Assembly: GCA_963795855.1 (NCBI GenBank)
Contig: CAWCIZ010000001.1
Span: 665,082-729,081, forward strand
Direction: 5' to 3'
Source: Vulcanimicrobiota bacterium
GTDB lineage: Bacteria; Vulcanimicrobiota; Vulcanimicrobiia; Vulcanimicrobiales; Vulcanimicrobiaceae
Length of the DNA: 64,000 nt
A program made the translations under genes and the position numbers. Under the pieces are notes generated by a model. That model saw nothing but the letters and a program-made list of their open reading frames with translations, was not told the origin of the DNA and made no database searches. Positions 25,188 through 35,232 of this stretch are shown one piece after another. The first letter of the stretch is position 1. Every line of letters starts with the position of its first letter.

Positions 25188-25909
25188 CCAGAAGCGATGG
25201 ACGCCGGCCGGATCAACTGCGACCCGTTACGATAGAACCGAACTTCATGAAGTTCGCGGAGGGGAGTTGCCTCATTTCCGCAGGACACACGCGCGTCTTG
25301 TGCGCGGCTACGATCGAAGACAAAGTTCCGCAGTGGATGAAAGGGCGCGGCACGGGATGGGTCACGGCGGAGTACGCGATGCTTCCGCGCGCGACGCAAG
25401 AACGTACGCAGCGGGAGGCGGCTAAGGGGCGGCTCGGCGGCCGCACGCACGAAATCCAGCGGATCATCGGACGCGCCCTGCGTGCGGTCACGGACATGGC
25501 GAAGCTCGGTGAGCGAACCGTCTGGATCGATTGCGACGTGATCCAAGCCGACGGCGGAACCCGAACCGCTGCAGTCACCGGTGCGTGGGTTGCGCTCTCG
25601 CTCGCCCTCGCAACGCGATTCGAGCGGAAGGAACGCGCGAAATGGCCGCTCGCGGGGCAAATCGCCGCGACCAGCGTCGGCATCGTCGCAGGCCGTCCGC
25701 TCCTGGATCTTGCGTACGACGAGGATAGCCGCGCCGAAGTGGATATGAACGTCTTCATGACGGACGCCGGCCGATTCACGGAATTGCAAGGCACCGCGGA
25801 GGCCACGCCTTTCAGCCGCGATGATCTCGCTTCCCTGTTGGCTCTGGCCGAAAAAGGTATTCGCGAATTGCTGGAGATCCAGCGCTCGGTGCTTGATGCC
25901 GGACGATAG
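25184..25909 (+). CDS. rph: ribonuclease PH
   Basis: [47 protein letters not shown]. Confidence 0.97.
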   Translation: MTRSDGRRPDQLRPVTIEPNFMKFAEGSCLISAGHTRVLCAATIEDKVPQWMKGRGTGWVTAEYAMLPRATQERTQREAAKGRLGGRTHEIQRIIGRALRAVTDMAKLGERTVWIDCDVIQADGGTRTAAVTGAWVALSLALATRFERKERAKWPLAGQIAATSVGIVAGRPLLDLAYDEDSRAEVDMNVFMTDAGRFTELQGTAEATPFSRDDLASLLALAEKGIRELLEIQRSVLDAGR

Positions 25910-26237
25910 CCTGCGCGCACTCGTCGCTCGCGTCGCCGAGTTTTACATCACCGATAAACCGATGAAAGCGGCGCAGAAGAAGATGGAAGGCATCCTCGCG
26001 AGCGGCGCGGCGGACGAGCGTGCGGAGCACGATTATCTCGCGGCGGTACGCCGCTATTTTTCAGGCTTCGAAAAAGAAGCGCGCGCGCACCTTCGCGACG
26101 TCGACAAACGGCTCGAGCACGTCGACCAAGTGCATTTCAACCTCGCGGCCGAGCGCGGCGTAGCGGTGCGGCGAATCGAAGCAACGCAAGGCGTGCTGCA
26201 AGAATTGGAGCGTATCGGACGTGTTGAACGACGCTGA
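25896..26237 (+). CDS. hypothetical helical protein
   Basis: 113-aa ORF overlapping the rph stop and mlaE start; heptad-like C-terminus. Confidence 0.7.
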   Translation: MPDDSLRALVARVAEFYITDKPMKAAQKKMEGILASGAADERAEHDYLAAVRRYFSGFEKEARAHLRDVDKRLEHVDQVHFNLAAERGVAVRRIEATQGVLQELERIGRVERR

Positions 26238-27045
26238 GAACGCGGCCGGCTTGGTCGAGCGCGCAGGCGTGCGCGGACTCGAGGGAATCGGCCGGCGAAT
26301 CACCTCGATCTTCGAGTACATCGGCGGCGTAACGGCGCTCGGCGCGGAAACCGCCACGACGATCGGGCGACTGCGCATCCGCTTTGCCGAGACGGTAAAC
26401 CAGTGCTTTTTGCTGGGCTATCAATCGCTCATCATCGTGCTCCTCACCTCACTGTTTACCGGCATGGTGTTCTCGCTGGAATCCGCGGTGCAGGCGGTTC
26501 AGTACGGCTTCGGCACCTTCGTCGGCGGGATCGTTTCGTACACGAATGTTCGGGAACTCGGTCCCATGCTCACCGCCGTCGTGGTGGCCGGACGCGTCTG
26601 CGCGGCAATAGCCGCGGAGATTGGTTCGATGGTCGTGACGGAACAGATCGAAGCTCTGCAGTCGCTGGGACTCGCGCCGGTTCGCTTTCTCGTCGTGCCG
26701 CGCGTGCTTGCGCTCATGATCATGCTCCCGCTGCTCACCGTGTTCGCCGACGTCATCGGCGTGCTCGGCGGCGAGTGGATCGCGCACGCGCAGGCGCACA
26801 TCAGTTACGACGACTTCATGTCCTCGGCGCGGCAGACCATCGGATTCGAAGACGTCGTGAAGGGTCTCTTCAAATCCGTGATCTTCGGCATCATCATCGC
26901 GCTGGTCGGATCGTATCAAGGCCTGACGACGACCGGCGGCGCCGCCGGCGTCGGCAAGTCGACGACGAGCGCCGTCGTGACGTGTATCATTCTGATCTTC
27001 ATCGTCAACTTCATGATGTCGTACTTTCTGTACGCGGGCGCTTGA
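26221..27045 (+). CDS. mlaE: MlaE family ABC permease
   Basis: RELGPMLTAVVVAGR, AEIGSMVVTEQIEAL, GGAAGVGKSTT. Confidence 0.93.
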   Translation: MLNDAENAAGLVERAGVRGLEGIGRRITSIFEYIGGVTALGAETATTIGRLRIRFAETVNQCFLLGYQSLIIVLLTSLFTGMVFSLESAVQAVQYGFGTFVGGIVSYTNVRELGPMLTAVVVAGRVCAAIAAEIGSMVVTEQIEALQSLGLAPVRFLVVPRVLALMIMLPLLTVFADVIGVLGGEWIAHAQAHISYDDFMSSARQTIGFEDVVKGLFKSVIFGIIIALVGSYQGLTTTGGAAGVGKSTTSAVVTCIILIFIVNFMMSYFLYAGA

Positions 27046-27800
27046 TGGCAAACGCGATTGCAAGACTCGACGACGTCACGCTCAAGTACGGCGATCGCGT
27101 CGTGCTCCGGAATTGCAGCCTGGACGTCGTGGAAAGCGCGATTACGTGCATCATCGGCATGTCCGGCGCGGGCAAGTCGACGATTTTGCGGCTGCTGGAC
27201 GGGCTGCGCAAGCCGGACGCGGGACATGTGTACGTACGCGGGCAGGACATCTGCCATATGCGCGAGAGCGACCTCATCGAGATGCGCACGAAAATCGGCT
27301 TTTCGTTTCAGTTCGCGGCGCTCTTCGACAGCATGACGGTGGGTGACAACATCGCGCTTCCGCTGCGCGAACACACGTCGCTCAGTGAAGATGAAATCCG
27401 TGAAGTCGTCGTGCACACGCTGGCGAGCGTAGGCCTCGAACATACCTACGACAACATGCCCAGCGAATTGTCGGGCGGGATGCTCAAGCGGGCGGGGTTC
27501 GCGCGCGCGGTTGTGACCAATCCGGATCTGGTGCTATACGACGAGCCGACGACCGGGCTGGACCCGATCGTCACGCATTTGCTGACCGATACGATCAAGC
27601 GCCTGCGGCAGCAGCTCAACGCGACGGCCGTCGTGATCTCGCACGATTTGCAATCGATCTATCTCATGGCCGACTACATGGCGATGCTTTTCGAAGGCGC
27701 CGTCATCGAGTACGGTACGGTCGAAGAGGTCCGGCGGTCCGCTAACCCCATAGTGCAGCAGTTCCTGCAAGGCTCCGAAGTGGGTCCGATTCCCCTGTAA
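27045..27800 (+). CDS. mlaF: MlaF/Mkl family ABC ATPase
   Basis: GMSGAGKS, FQFAALFDSMTV, LSGGM, YDEPTTGLDP. Confidence 0.93.
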   Translation: MANAIARLDDVTLKYGDRVVLRNCSLDVVESAITCIIGMSGAGKSTILRLLDGLRKPDAGHVYVRGQDICHMRESDLIEMRTKIGFSFQFAALFDSMTVGDNIALPLREHTSLSEDEIREVVVHTLASVGLEHTYDNMPSELSGGMLKRAGFARAVVTNPDLVLYDEPTTGLDPIVTHLLTDTIKRLRQQLNATAVVISHDLQSIYLMADYMAMLFEGAVIEYGTVEEVRRSANPIVQQFLQGSEVGPIPL

Positions 27801-27850
27801 CCACATGGCACAAAAAAGCAATTGGCGATTTTAGAGGAATAGGCGCAGTA

Positions 27851-29403
27851 ATGTCCAGACAAGCGCAACTGGGGCTCTTCGCGATCATCGCGCTCGTGCT
27901 GCTGTTCGGAATCTTCTACGTGATCACGGACTTCGGAACGCGGCACAGCGGATATCGCATCGGCGTGCACTTCGCCTCGGCCGCGGGGCTCCCGACCGGC
28001 GCGCAAGTGTTTTTCAGCGGCGTCACCGTCGGAACGGTCGATCAAGTGCACTGTTGGCGGACAACAGCGTAGACGTCATTCTGGCGATTCAAAACGGCAT
28101 CAGCATTCCGAAGGACTCGAAATTTCTGATTCAGGCGCCGCTGACGGGAACGCCGAACATGCTGATCGTCCCGCCGGTGCCGCGGCCGCTGCCGCGCGGA
28201 TACACCGCGACGCCGCTGCCGGACTACGCGGTGCTGCCGAAGCAGCGTGCTGCCGATCGAGCAGCAGCCGGTCGGCATCGCGAGTCCCACTATAGCCGAT
28301 TTGCTGCAGCAAGGTCAGGGCGAGGTACGCCGTCTGGACTTGATGCTCGCGACGCTGGAAGAGCGGGAGCCGAAGTTACTCAACAACGCTGCAGAGCGCG
28401 CTCGCAAACGTGGATTCGATGACGACGCGAATTGCGCGGAACCGTGGCCGATCGTATCCGGAACGATGGAGACGACCATGCAGCAGGCCGGCAGCAACAT
28501 CGTCGGCATGACCGCAACGCTCAACAATACGATGGGCCGCAATCAGTATAAGATCGACCTGCTGCTCTCGTCGCTCGACAGCACGGCGGTCGCGCTGAAC
28601 AAGTCGATGGATCAGCTGCAGAGTCTCGCGACGGATCCGCGTTTGAAGACGAACCTGATATCGACCACATCGAACATTCGCGACCTGACCGGAAACATCG
28701 CGGGGCTTACCGGCGACCTGCGCACGGTCACGGGCAATCCGCAGACGCAAGCGCAACTGCGCGACACGGTCTCGAATTTGGACGCGACGATGCAGAAGGC
28801 GGATTCCCTCCTCGGCACGCTCGGCGGCCGAAGCAGCGTCTACGGCATCGATGCGGGCGCGACGCCGTATCCGGTTCCACGCGGACCGAACTCGCTGCCG
28901 CCGCCGGGAACGCAAACGCCGCGCACCCGCGGGAGCCGCAGGCATCAAAGCCGGCCTTGCAAAGATCGCGGGCAATCTCGCACAAGTGCAACTGCGCCTT
29001 GAGTTATCTGAACCAGCAATCGGTGAACGGCCCGAGTCCGCTGCTCACGACCGATCGCGGTCCGCAAGCGGACGTCAACGCGATCCTGCTGCCGCGCGGC
29101 GGCGTGAGCGCGATGCTCGGCGCCAACGACATCGGCGGGAAGACGACCTGGAATCTCGCTGGGACCAAAAACTTCGGAAACTTTCACGCGGGCGGCGGCA
29201 TCCTGTACTCTCAACTCGGCGTTCTCGGTTCGTATAATGCCGGCAAGGTGGGCGCCGAAACACGCATATACGACTTGCGCCGTCCGACGTTCGACATCTA
29301 CGGCAACTTCAACGTCGCACAGTGGGCGAAACTCTTTCTCGGGGAGCGCGACACCACGCGCGCGGATCGCCGCACCGTGTTCGGATTGCAGCTGCAGTTT
29401 TAA
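27851..29403 (+). CDS. mlaD: MCE/MlaD protein with long helical region and C-terminal beta-strand domain (frameshifted)
   Basis: N-terminal TM, F.SAAGL..GA.V..SGV.VG.V MCE motif, helical repeats, ends VFGLQLQF. Confidence 0.85.
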
Positions 29404-30110
29404 GTGATTCCGTATAAAGACGAACGGCGCCCGGCGGTCTTCGCGGGTGCCGTTTGGCTTCTCGTGGCGGCGAACGTCTGCGGTTTCTATTTGGAGATCA
29501 CCGCCCGCAATCCGCCGAAGTCATCATCGAGTTCTTTGCGCTGATTCCGTACGACGTCACGCACGCGATTCAATTACCGCCGCCCTCGCCCCATCCATAT
29601 TGGCTCACGACGATTACTTCGATGTTCCTGCACGGCGGATACGCGCACATCTTTTTCAACATGTTGTTTCTCGTCGTGTTCGGTCCGCGGATGGAGCGCT
29701 ATCTCGGGCACTTCGGCTTCTTGATTGTCTATCTGTTCTGCGGAGTGATGGGCGGCATCGCGCAAATGTGGGCGGCGCCCTACAGTCACATCCCGGAGAT
29801 CGGCGCTTCCGGTGCGATAGCGGGAATTCTGGGCGCGTACATCGTGACCTATCCGACGGCGCGCATCGACACCGTAACGCCGATTGGGTGCTTTCCGCTG
29901 TTTCTGCGCCTGCCCGCGGTCGCGTTCATCGGCATCTGGGCGTTCCTGCAATTTTTTCTCGGGTTCGAAACGTTCGATCCGCGAGCGAACGCGGGCGGCG
30001 TCGCATATTTCGCGCACATCGGCGGTTTCTCGAGCGGCGCGATCCTGATCGGCGCATACGGACTCTTCGCCAGACGGGACCGCGGTGGGCCGCCGCGAAG
30101 TTCGCGCTGA
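29404..30110 (+). CDS. rhomboid family intramembrane serine protease (5' frameshift)
   Basis: VIPYKD start, SMFLHGG..H...NM, GASGA, AHIGG. Confidence 0.9.
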
Positions 30111-31048
30111 TGGAGCAAGCAAAGGTGCGCGCCGGCATCATCGGGTCGGGCGCGATGGGCACGCTCTTCGGCTATCATCTCGCGTCGCAATGCGAGGTGA
30201 CGATGCTCGACAGCAACCGCGCCGTTCTCGATGAGATCGAGCGCAACGGCGGTTTGAGCGTGAACGACGCGGCGCCGCGGCCGGTGCGCGTCGGACGATC
30301 GGCGCGTGAACTCTACGGCTCCAATTTCGTTTTTCTGTTCGTCAAAGCGGTCGACACGCTTCGAGCGCTGCGGCCTTTCGCCGGCGAGCTGAGTCCCTCG
30401 ACGCCGATCGTCTCACTGCAGAACGGCGTCGGCAACGAAGACGCCATCAAGACCGCGCTCGGCGGGGCAGTGCCGGTTGTGCTCGGTATCACGACCGAGT
30501 CGTCGCTGACCGTAACGCCCGGACGAGTGCGCAGTTCGGAACAAGGGAGCACGATCATCGGGTCCGGAGGCGCATCGCCCGCAACGTCGCGAAGCGTGGC
30601 GGAACTGCTGGTGAAAAGCGGCATGAGAGCGAGCGTCGTCTACGACATTCGCCCGCACATGTGGGGGAAACTCGTGGCGAATGCCTCCGTGAACGCGGTG
30701 AGCGCATTGCTCGATTGCGATTCCGGCGACATTCTCAAAGATCCGAATGCCGCGCGGTTGGCGGAAGCGCTGGCGGAGGAAGCAGCGGAAGTGGCGGCGG
30801 CGCTCAAAATAAACCTCCCGTTCGCCAATCCATGGCAATACGTTGCCGAAGTCATAGCGGTGGGTGCCGACAGCAAGAGTTCGATGGCGTTCGATTTGGA
30901 CTCCGGTCATCCGAGTGAAATCGATCACATCAACGGTGCGGTGTGCGCCGCCGGACGACGCACCGGCGTGTCGACGCCGTACAACGACTCGGTGGTGCGG
31001 CTCATTAAAGCGAAGGAAGCACTTACGGCGAAGACGCGCCGCCCTTGA
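30110..31048 (+). CDS. panE: 2-dehydropantoate 2-reductase
   Basis: GSGAMG, VKA, SLQNGVG, WGKLVAN, SSMAFD....SEID.ING. Confidence 0.9.
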   Translation: MEQAKVRAGIIGSGAMGTLFGYHLASQCEVTMLDSNRAVLDEIERNGGLSVNDAAPRPVRVGRSARELYGSNFVFLFVKAVDTLRALRPFAGELSPSTPIVSLQNGVGNEDAIKTALGGAVPVVLGITTESSLTVTPGRVRSSEQGSTIIGSGGASPATSRSVAELLVKSGMRASVVYDIRPHMWGKLVANASVNAVSALLDCDSGDILKDPNAARLAEALAEEAAEVAAALKINLPFANPWQYVAEVIAVGADSKSSMAFDLDSGHPSEIDHINGAVCAAGRRTGVSTPYNDSVVRLIKAKEALTAKTRRP

Positions 31049-31379
31049 CCGCGATCGCGGTCACTTCAAAATGCGCTCCGAAGAGCAGTGGTCCTGAACC
31101 GAGAAACGCGCGCGCCGGCAGCGGTCCCGAAAAATACTGCAGATAGATTTCGTTGAACGCCGCGTAAAGCGAAACGTCGGGCGTGTAAATCGTCACCTGC
31201 ACCAGGTCGCTCATCGAAAGTTCGTACTTGCCGAGCACGTCGCGCAGCCCGTCCATCAGCAAACGAACTTCACGCGCCGCATCGTTCGGCGGAAGATTGG
31301 TGCTCGGATCCAATCCGATGCGTCCGGCAACGTAGTACGTCGTGCCCGCTTGTACGACTTCGCGAAATGGTTTGTTCAC
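31023..31379 (-). CDS. RidA/YjgF family protein
   Basis: YVAGRIGLDP, FNEIY..YF....PAR, FEVTAIA. Confidence 0.85.
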   Translation of the reverse strand: MNKPFREVVQAGTTYYVAGRIGLDPSTNLPPNDAAREVRLLMDGLRDVLGKYELSMSDLVQVTIYTPDVSLYAAFNEIYLQYFSGPLPARAFLGSGPLLFGAHFEVTAIAVKGGASSP

Positions 31380-32137
31380 TCGCGCACTCCGTCGTGAGGC
31401 CAAAATCCGTAGAGTGCGCGACCCGGCTCGAGATCCCAGAAGCGCGTCAAGTTGTCGCCGACGCCGTACACGACCGCATACGGCACGTCGCGTGCCAAAA
31501 TCGCGCGCACGAGGCGCGCAAAGTCGCGATGCGACATCCACGTTGCCGCATAACGCTTGAATTTTTGCTCGTCGGTCAAGCCCAGCCACCCGCTCGATTG
31601 CCGCACGCTCTGGTCGCGCGGGTCGTCGGCTTCGGTGATCGAGCCGATGCGGATGCACGAAACTTGCATGTCATATTTTTCGCTGTAATACCGGCCGAGC
31701 GTTTCCCCGAACGCTTTCCATACGCCGTACAAACCGTCCGGGCGGTACGGCGCGCCGGTGCCTACGACCAAACCGTAGGCCGGCTCGTAGAGCGCGGGCG
31801 CGTGCTCGACTTCGTTCATCCCCACGCAGTGGTTCGAGCTGGCGAAGATGATGCGCCGCAGCCCGTTCCGCCTCGCCGCTTCGTACACGTTGTACGTGCC
31901 GCCGATGTTCGTCGTATAGACGCTCTCCCAGTCGGCATCCACCTCGACGACGCCCGCCAGATGTACGACGGTTTCGCAGCCCTTCAAAACCTGCAGCATT
32001 GCGTCCGCATCGCGAACGTCCGCGTTTACCGCCGCGTTCGCGAGGTCTATCCCGACGACGTCGTGATCGCGCGCCAAGTCCGCGCACAAACGTGTGCCAA
32101 TAGTCCCATTCGAACCGGTTACTGCAATCTTTGACAT
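31376..32137 (-). CDS. NAD-dependent epimerase/dehydrogenase (uronate dehydrogenase-like)
   Basis: TGSNGTIG, VVHLAG, FASSNH, RPDGLYGVWK.FGE, IRIGS, WMSHRD. Confidence 0.85.
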   Translation of the reverse strand: MSKIAVTGSNGTIGTRLCADLARDHDVVGIDLANAAVNADVRDADAMLQVLKGCETVVHLAGVVEVDADWESVYTTNIGGTYNVYEAARRNGLRRIIFASSNHCVGMNEVEHAPALYEPAYGLVVGTGAPYRPDGLYGVWKAFGETLGRYYSEKYDMQVSCIRIGSITEADDPRDQSVRQSSGWLGLTDEQKFKRYAATWMSHRDFARLVRAILARDVPYAVVYGVGDNLTRFWDLEPGRALYGFWPHDGVRE

Positions 32138-32166
32138 TAGTCGCCCGATTCTACTACGCTATGGAG

Positions 32167-33061
32167 ATGAACTGCCCAACTTGTCAAGCCGCGGTCCCGG
32201 ACCGCGTGAATTTCTGCCCGAACTGCGGGGCCGCGGTTGGGCAGCCGACGACAGTCGACAACTACACCGAGCCGCAGCCGGAAGTCGCGAATCCCAAGAC
32301 GCCGATGACGCTCGCCGATATGACCATACGCGTCGAAGGCGAGCTCGTTCCCGTCGTGGACGTCGAACTCGGTCGCGCGCAAACGGTGTATTTCGAACAT
32401 CACATCGTGCTTTGGAAACAGCCGAACGTCACGCTCGGTTTCATGAGTTTGCAGAACGCGGCAAAGCGCATGTTCGCGGGGCTGCAAATATTCATTTCAA
32501 CCGCGCAAGGCCCCGGCAACATCGCGTTCTCACGCGAAGCGCCCGGGCAAATCGTCGCGCTTCGGATGCAGCCCGGACAGTCCGATCGACGTGCGCGAAC
32601 ATCAGTTTCTGCTCGCTACCGGCAACGTCGACTACAATTTCTACTGGCAGCAAGGACTTGCCAACGTATTGTTCGCGCGCACCGGCCTGTTCATCGATCG
32701 CTTTACGGCGACGAATTCCGAAGGGCTGCTTTTACTGCACGGCTACGGAAACGTGTTCGAGAAAAACCTCGCGGCCGGAGAAATGCTCGACGTCGAGCCC
32801 GGCGGTTGGCTTTGGAAAGACGCGAACGTGCGCATGGACACGGTTTCCGTGTTGAAGTCCGGCGGAGGCGGCGGATTGATGGGGGCGCTCGGCGCGTTCG
32901 TCGGCGGCGCGGCGCTGATGCTCAATCGCTTCTACGGTCCGGGGCGCGTCGGCATACAATCGATGACGTACCACGAACCGCAAGCCGAAGGCGCGACCCA
33001 AACCGGCGGCACGAGCAATATCGGAAATGTGCTGAACTCGTTTCTGAACCCGCGCCAGTAG
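32167..33061 (+). CDS. AIM24 family protein with N-terminal zinc ribbon (frameshift ~32585)
   Basis: CPTC...FCPNCG, then GELVPVVDVEL, GLLLLHGYGNVF, GPGRVGIQSM. Confidence 0.8.
33028..33060 (+). repeat. 33-bp direct repeat, left copy (attL-like; 3' end of the AIM24 gene)
   Basis: TGTGCTGAACTCGTTTCTGAACCCGCGCCAGTA; one mismatch to 34488-34520. Confidence 0.9.
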
Positions 33062-33239
33062 CGTCGCTTTCCATTTATCGAGGTGGGCTGCGATGGTCGC
33101 GCTCGAAAAAAAGTTGGTACGGCTTTTCAACGTACTTGCACGTATTTGCTTGGACACATTTCTTTGGCGCGTTGGCAATCGCGAATGTAGCGATTCTGAG
33201 CGCGTTCGGAGCACGGTCAGATTTGACGATGCGAATCGA

Positions 33240-33840
33240 GCCACAACGTCGCATACGCAGCACATGTGCGAGGAGCCGGCGAATGAGGAGAATCGTGGTT
33301 CCGAATCGCTACGCTGCAGAACAAGACGAAGAAGTGCCGATGACCTCGCGGCTTACGCGCGGTGGCTGGCACGGCATGGCTACGGCGACAGACGTCATTC
33401 GGTCTACTGGGAAATAGCACCGGCGCGTTATTAGTGGGAATGGCGCTGACTCGTAATCCGAACCTTTATCGATCAGCCGATGGCGAAAGCGGCGTGTACG
33501 ATCTCCTTCGGAGTGGTCATGGGCATTAACGTTTGTTGACGCGAAACTAGGCGCGGCTTCTGATCCTACCGAAAGGTCTTGGATGGAAGCGAAATCGCCA
33601 TATTCAAACATCGTACAGGGTATCGTTTATCCATCTGTATTCGTCTCCTATGGAGCGAATGATGTATAGCCCGCCGATGAATACGCGCAAATTTGCTGCC
33701 AGGCTACTTGATGTGATGGCCGCAGATGCGGTAGTAATGCGAGTGTGTCAGGGAGAAGGGCACGGGGCGCACATCTCCTGCACCAGCGGAGTTGAACACA
33801 GAATCGAAGGGTTAACTTGTTCCACCACACCTTACGATGA
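33240..33840 (+). pseudogene. prolyl oligopeptidase (S9A) catalytic-domain remnant
   Basis: HVRGAGE*GESW, DDLAAYARWL..GY, GNSTGALLVG.ALT.NP.LY, SPYSNI....YPSV....GAND, RKFAARL, GEGHG, interrupted by stops and frameshifts. Confidence 0.75.
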
Positions 33841-34416
33841 CGGCGTCAGAACATTACGCACGCTCCATACCATTTGCGATCGCAATCTTCATGACCGCCT
33901 GCAGTGCGCCCCATCCGCTCAGCGCACAACCATCTGCAACGTTCCACGTATCGTCTACATCGCCAAAACCGCGGAGTCTGTCTGACGGCTACGCGCCCAC
34001 TGCTCTTCCAGCGATGGCGGACAGCACCGTCAGGTGTATAAGTGCCGCAACGGCTCCCTCATTGCCCTCGGACGAGGTTTACCATGAGTGCCTATCCGAC
34101 TCCAGAATCGCTTTTGCATTCTAAAGAGCCAAAGTTGAGGAAAGATGAAGACACCTTGACGTCCGCAATCCTCCTGATATATGCGGCGTACGCGCTCCAG
34201 CGCGCCCATGGTAGAGACGAATATAGCCGCAACAGCCCACGGATTGCGATAACCGCACAAGAGCCGCACCGAATGATTGCCGAAGCGCGGCGACGGTTGA
34301 CTGACTTGTCATACAACGGATCGACCCGGGACGTGCGCGAACGGGCTCGTGGTGTGCGGAACTGCTTAATAGATGTTGACGGCCCGTGCCTCGAAAAATG
34401 GGCAACGACACAGTAA
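33837..34416 (+). CDS. putative lipoprotein, frameshifted or pseudogenised
   Basis: FAIAIFMTAC lipobox-like start in 33837-34124; plausible continuation in frame 34042-34416. Confidence 0.45.
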
Positions 34417-34487
34417 CGTTACATGTCCAGCCGAGAGCGTGGTAGCGCTTCTTAATACTGCCAAATAATAGCGACTCGACTTATTTG

Positions 34488-34520
34488 TGTGCTGAACTCG
34501 TTTCTGAACCCGCGTCAGTA
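34488..34520 (+). repeat. 33-bp direct repeat, right copy (attR-like)
   Basis: TGTGCTGAACTCGTTTCTGAACCCGCGTCAGTA, then A completing TAA, abutting the stop of the convergent gene. Confidence 0.9.
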
Positions 34521-34521
34521 A

Positions 34522-35232
34522 TCAGATCTGCGGCTTGAGCTGCAGCACGCGAATGATGCCGTTGTGCACTTCGACGTCGATCGATCGCGGGCCGCCGCCG
34601 TTGATGACGCCGTCGAGCGTTTCGTTCGAGCCGTGCGAACTCGGCTTGAACCCCTGCGGCGGGAAGTCGGTGAACAGTGTGCCGTTGTCGGTGTGGAGAC
34701 GCACGTGCGCTTGCGCGTGCTCGTTGACGTAGAGTTCGACGTTGCCATTACCGACAGTGAAGTTCAGCGTGCCTGGCCAATCCGTGGACGCGAAGATTAC
34801 GCTGATGTTTCCCGTGCCTATCGAGGCGCTGCCGTACCGCGGGATCAGCATCGCGATGTTGCCGCGATCCGTGTGCGCGTTGACGACGCCCTCGAAGTCG
34901 CCCACGTGGATGTCGCCCTGCTGCGTACTGAGATCCATAGAGCCGCCCTTTGGCCCGCGCAGCAGCATGTTCACTCCGGGCTGCACCGCTTGAGCGGTAA
35001 CCAGGAGCGGCGCTTTCCGAATCCGCACGCTGCCGGGCGGTCCATACGCCGCCACCGTGTACTCATCGCTGGGCTGATTGCGCTGCGGTGCGTACGCCTC
35101 GATGTTACCCTTGAGGTTGCGCGCGACGATCGTCGCACCCGTAGGAAATACGCCGGTTTGCTGGATTGCCGGCGGCGGCGCCGCACAGCCGGCAATAAAG
35201 ACCAGCGGAAGAAGAAGTGCCGTCCGCCTCAC
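34522..35232 (-). CDS. DUF4097/adhesin-like beta-strand repeat lipoprotein
   Basis: lipobox IAGC; repeats STQQGDI, HTDRGNI, TVGNGNV, HTDNGTL, VHNGII. Confidence 0.75.
   Translation of the reverse strand: MRRTALLLPLVFIAGCAAPPPAIQQTGVFPTGATIVARNLKGNIEAYAPQRNQPSDEYTVAAYGPPGSVRIRKAPLLVTAQAVQPGVNMLLRGPKGGSMDLSTQQGDIHVGDFEGVVNAHTDRGNIAMLIPRYGSASIGTGNISVIFASTDWPGTLNFTVGNGNVELYVNEHAQAHVRLHTDNGTLFTDFPPQGFKPSSHGSNETLDGVINGGGPRSIDVEVHNGIIRVLQLKPQI

Larger units (their letters stand above)
33061..34487. mobile_element. decayed genomic islet between direct repeats
   Basis: flanking 33-bp repeats, visibly more AT-rich than its neighbours, only broken ORFs, no integrase inside. Confidence 0.75.

Noticed and set aside
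33284..33286. TGA recoding (Sec/Trp) in the peptidase remnant
   Set aside because: TAA/TAG stops and frameshifts also occur in it, and TGA is a normal stop elsewhere in the window.
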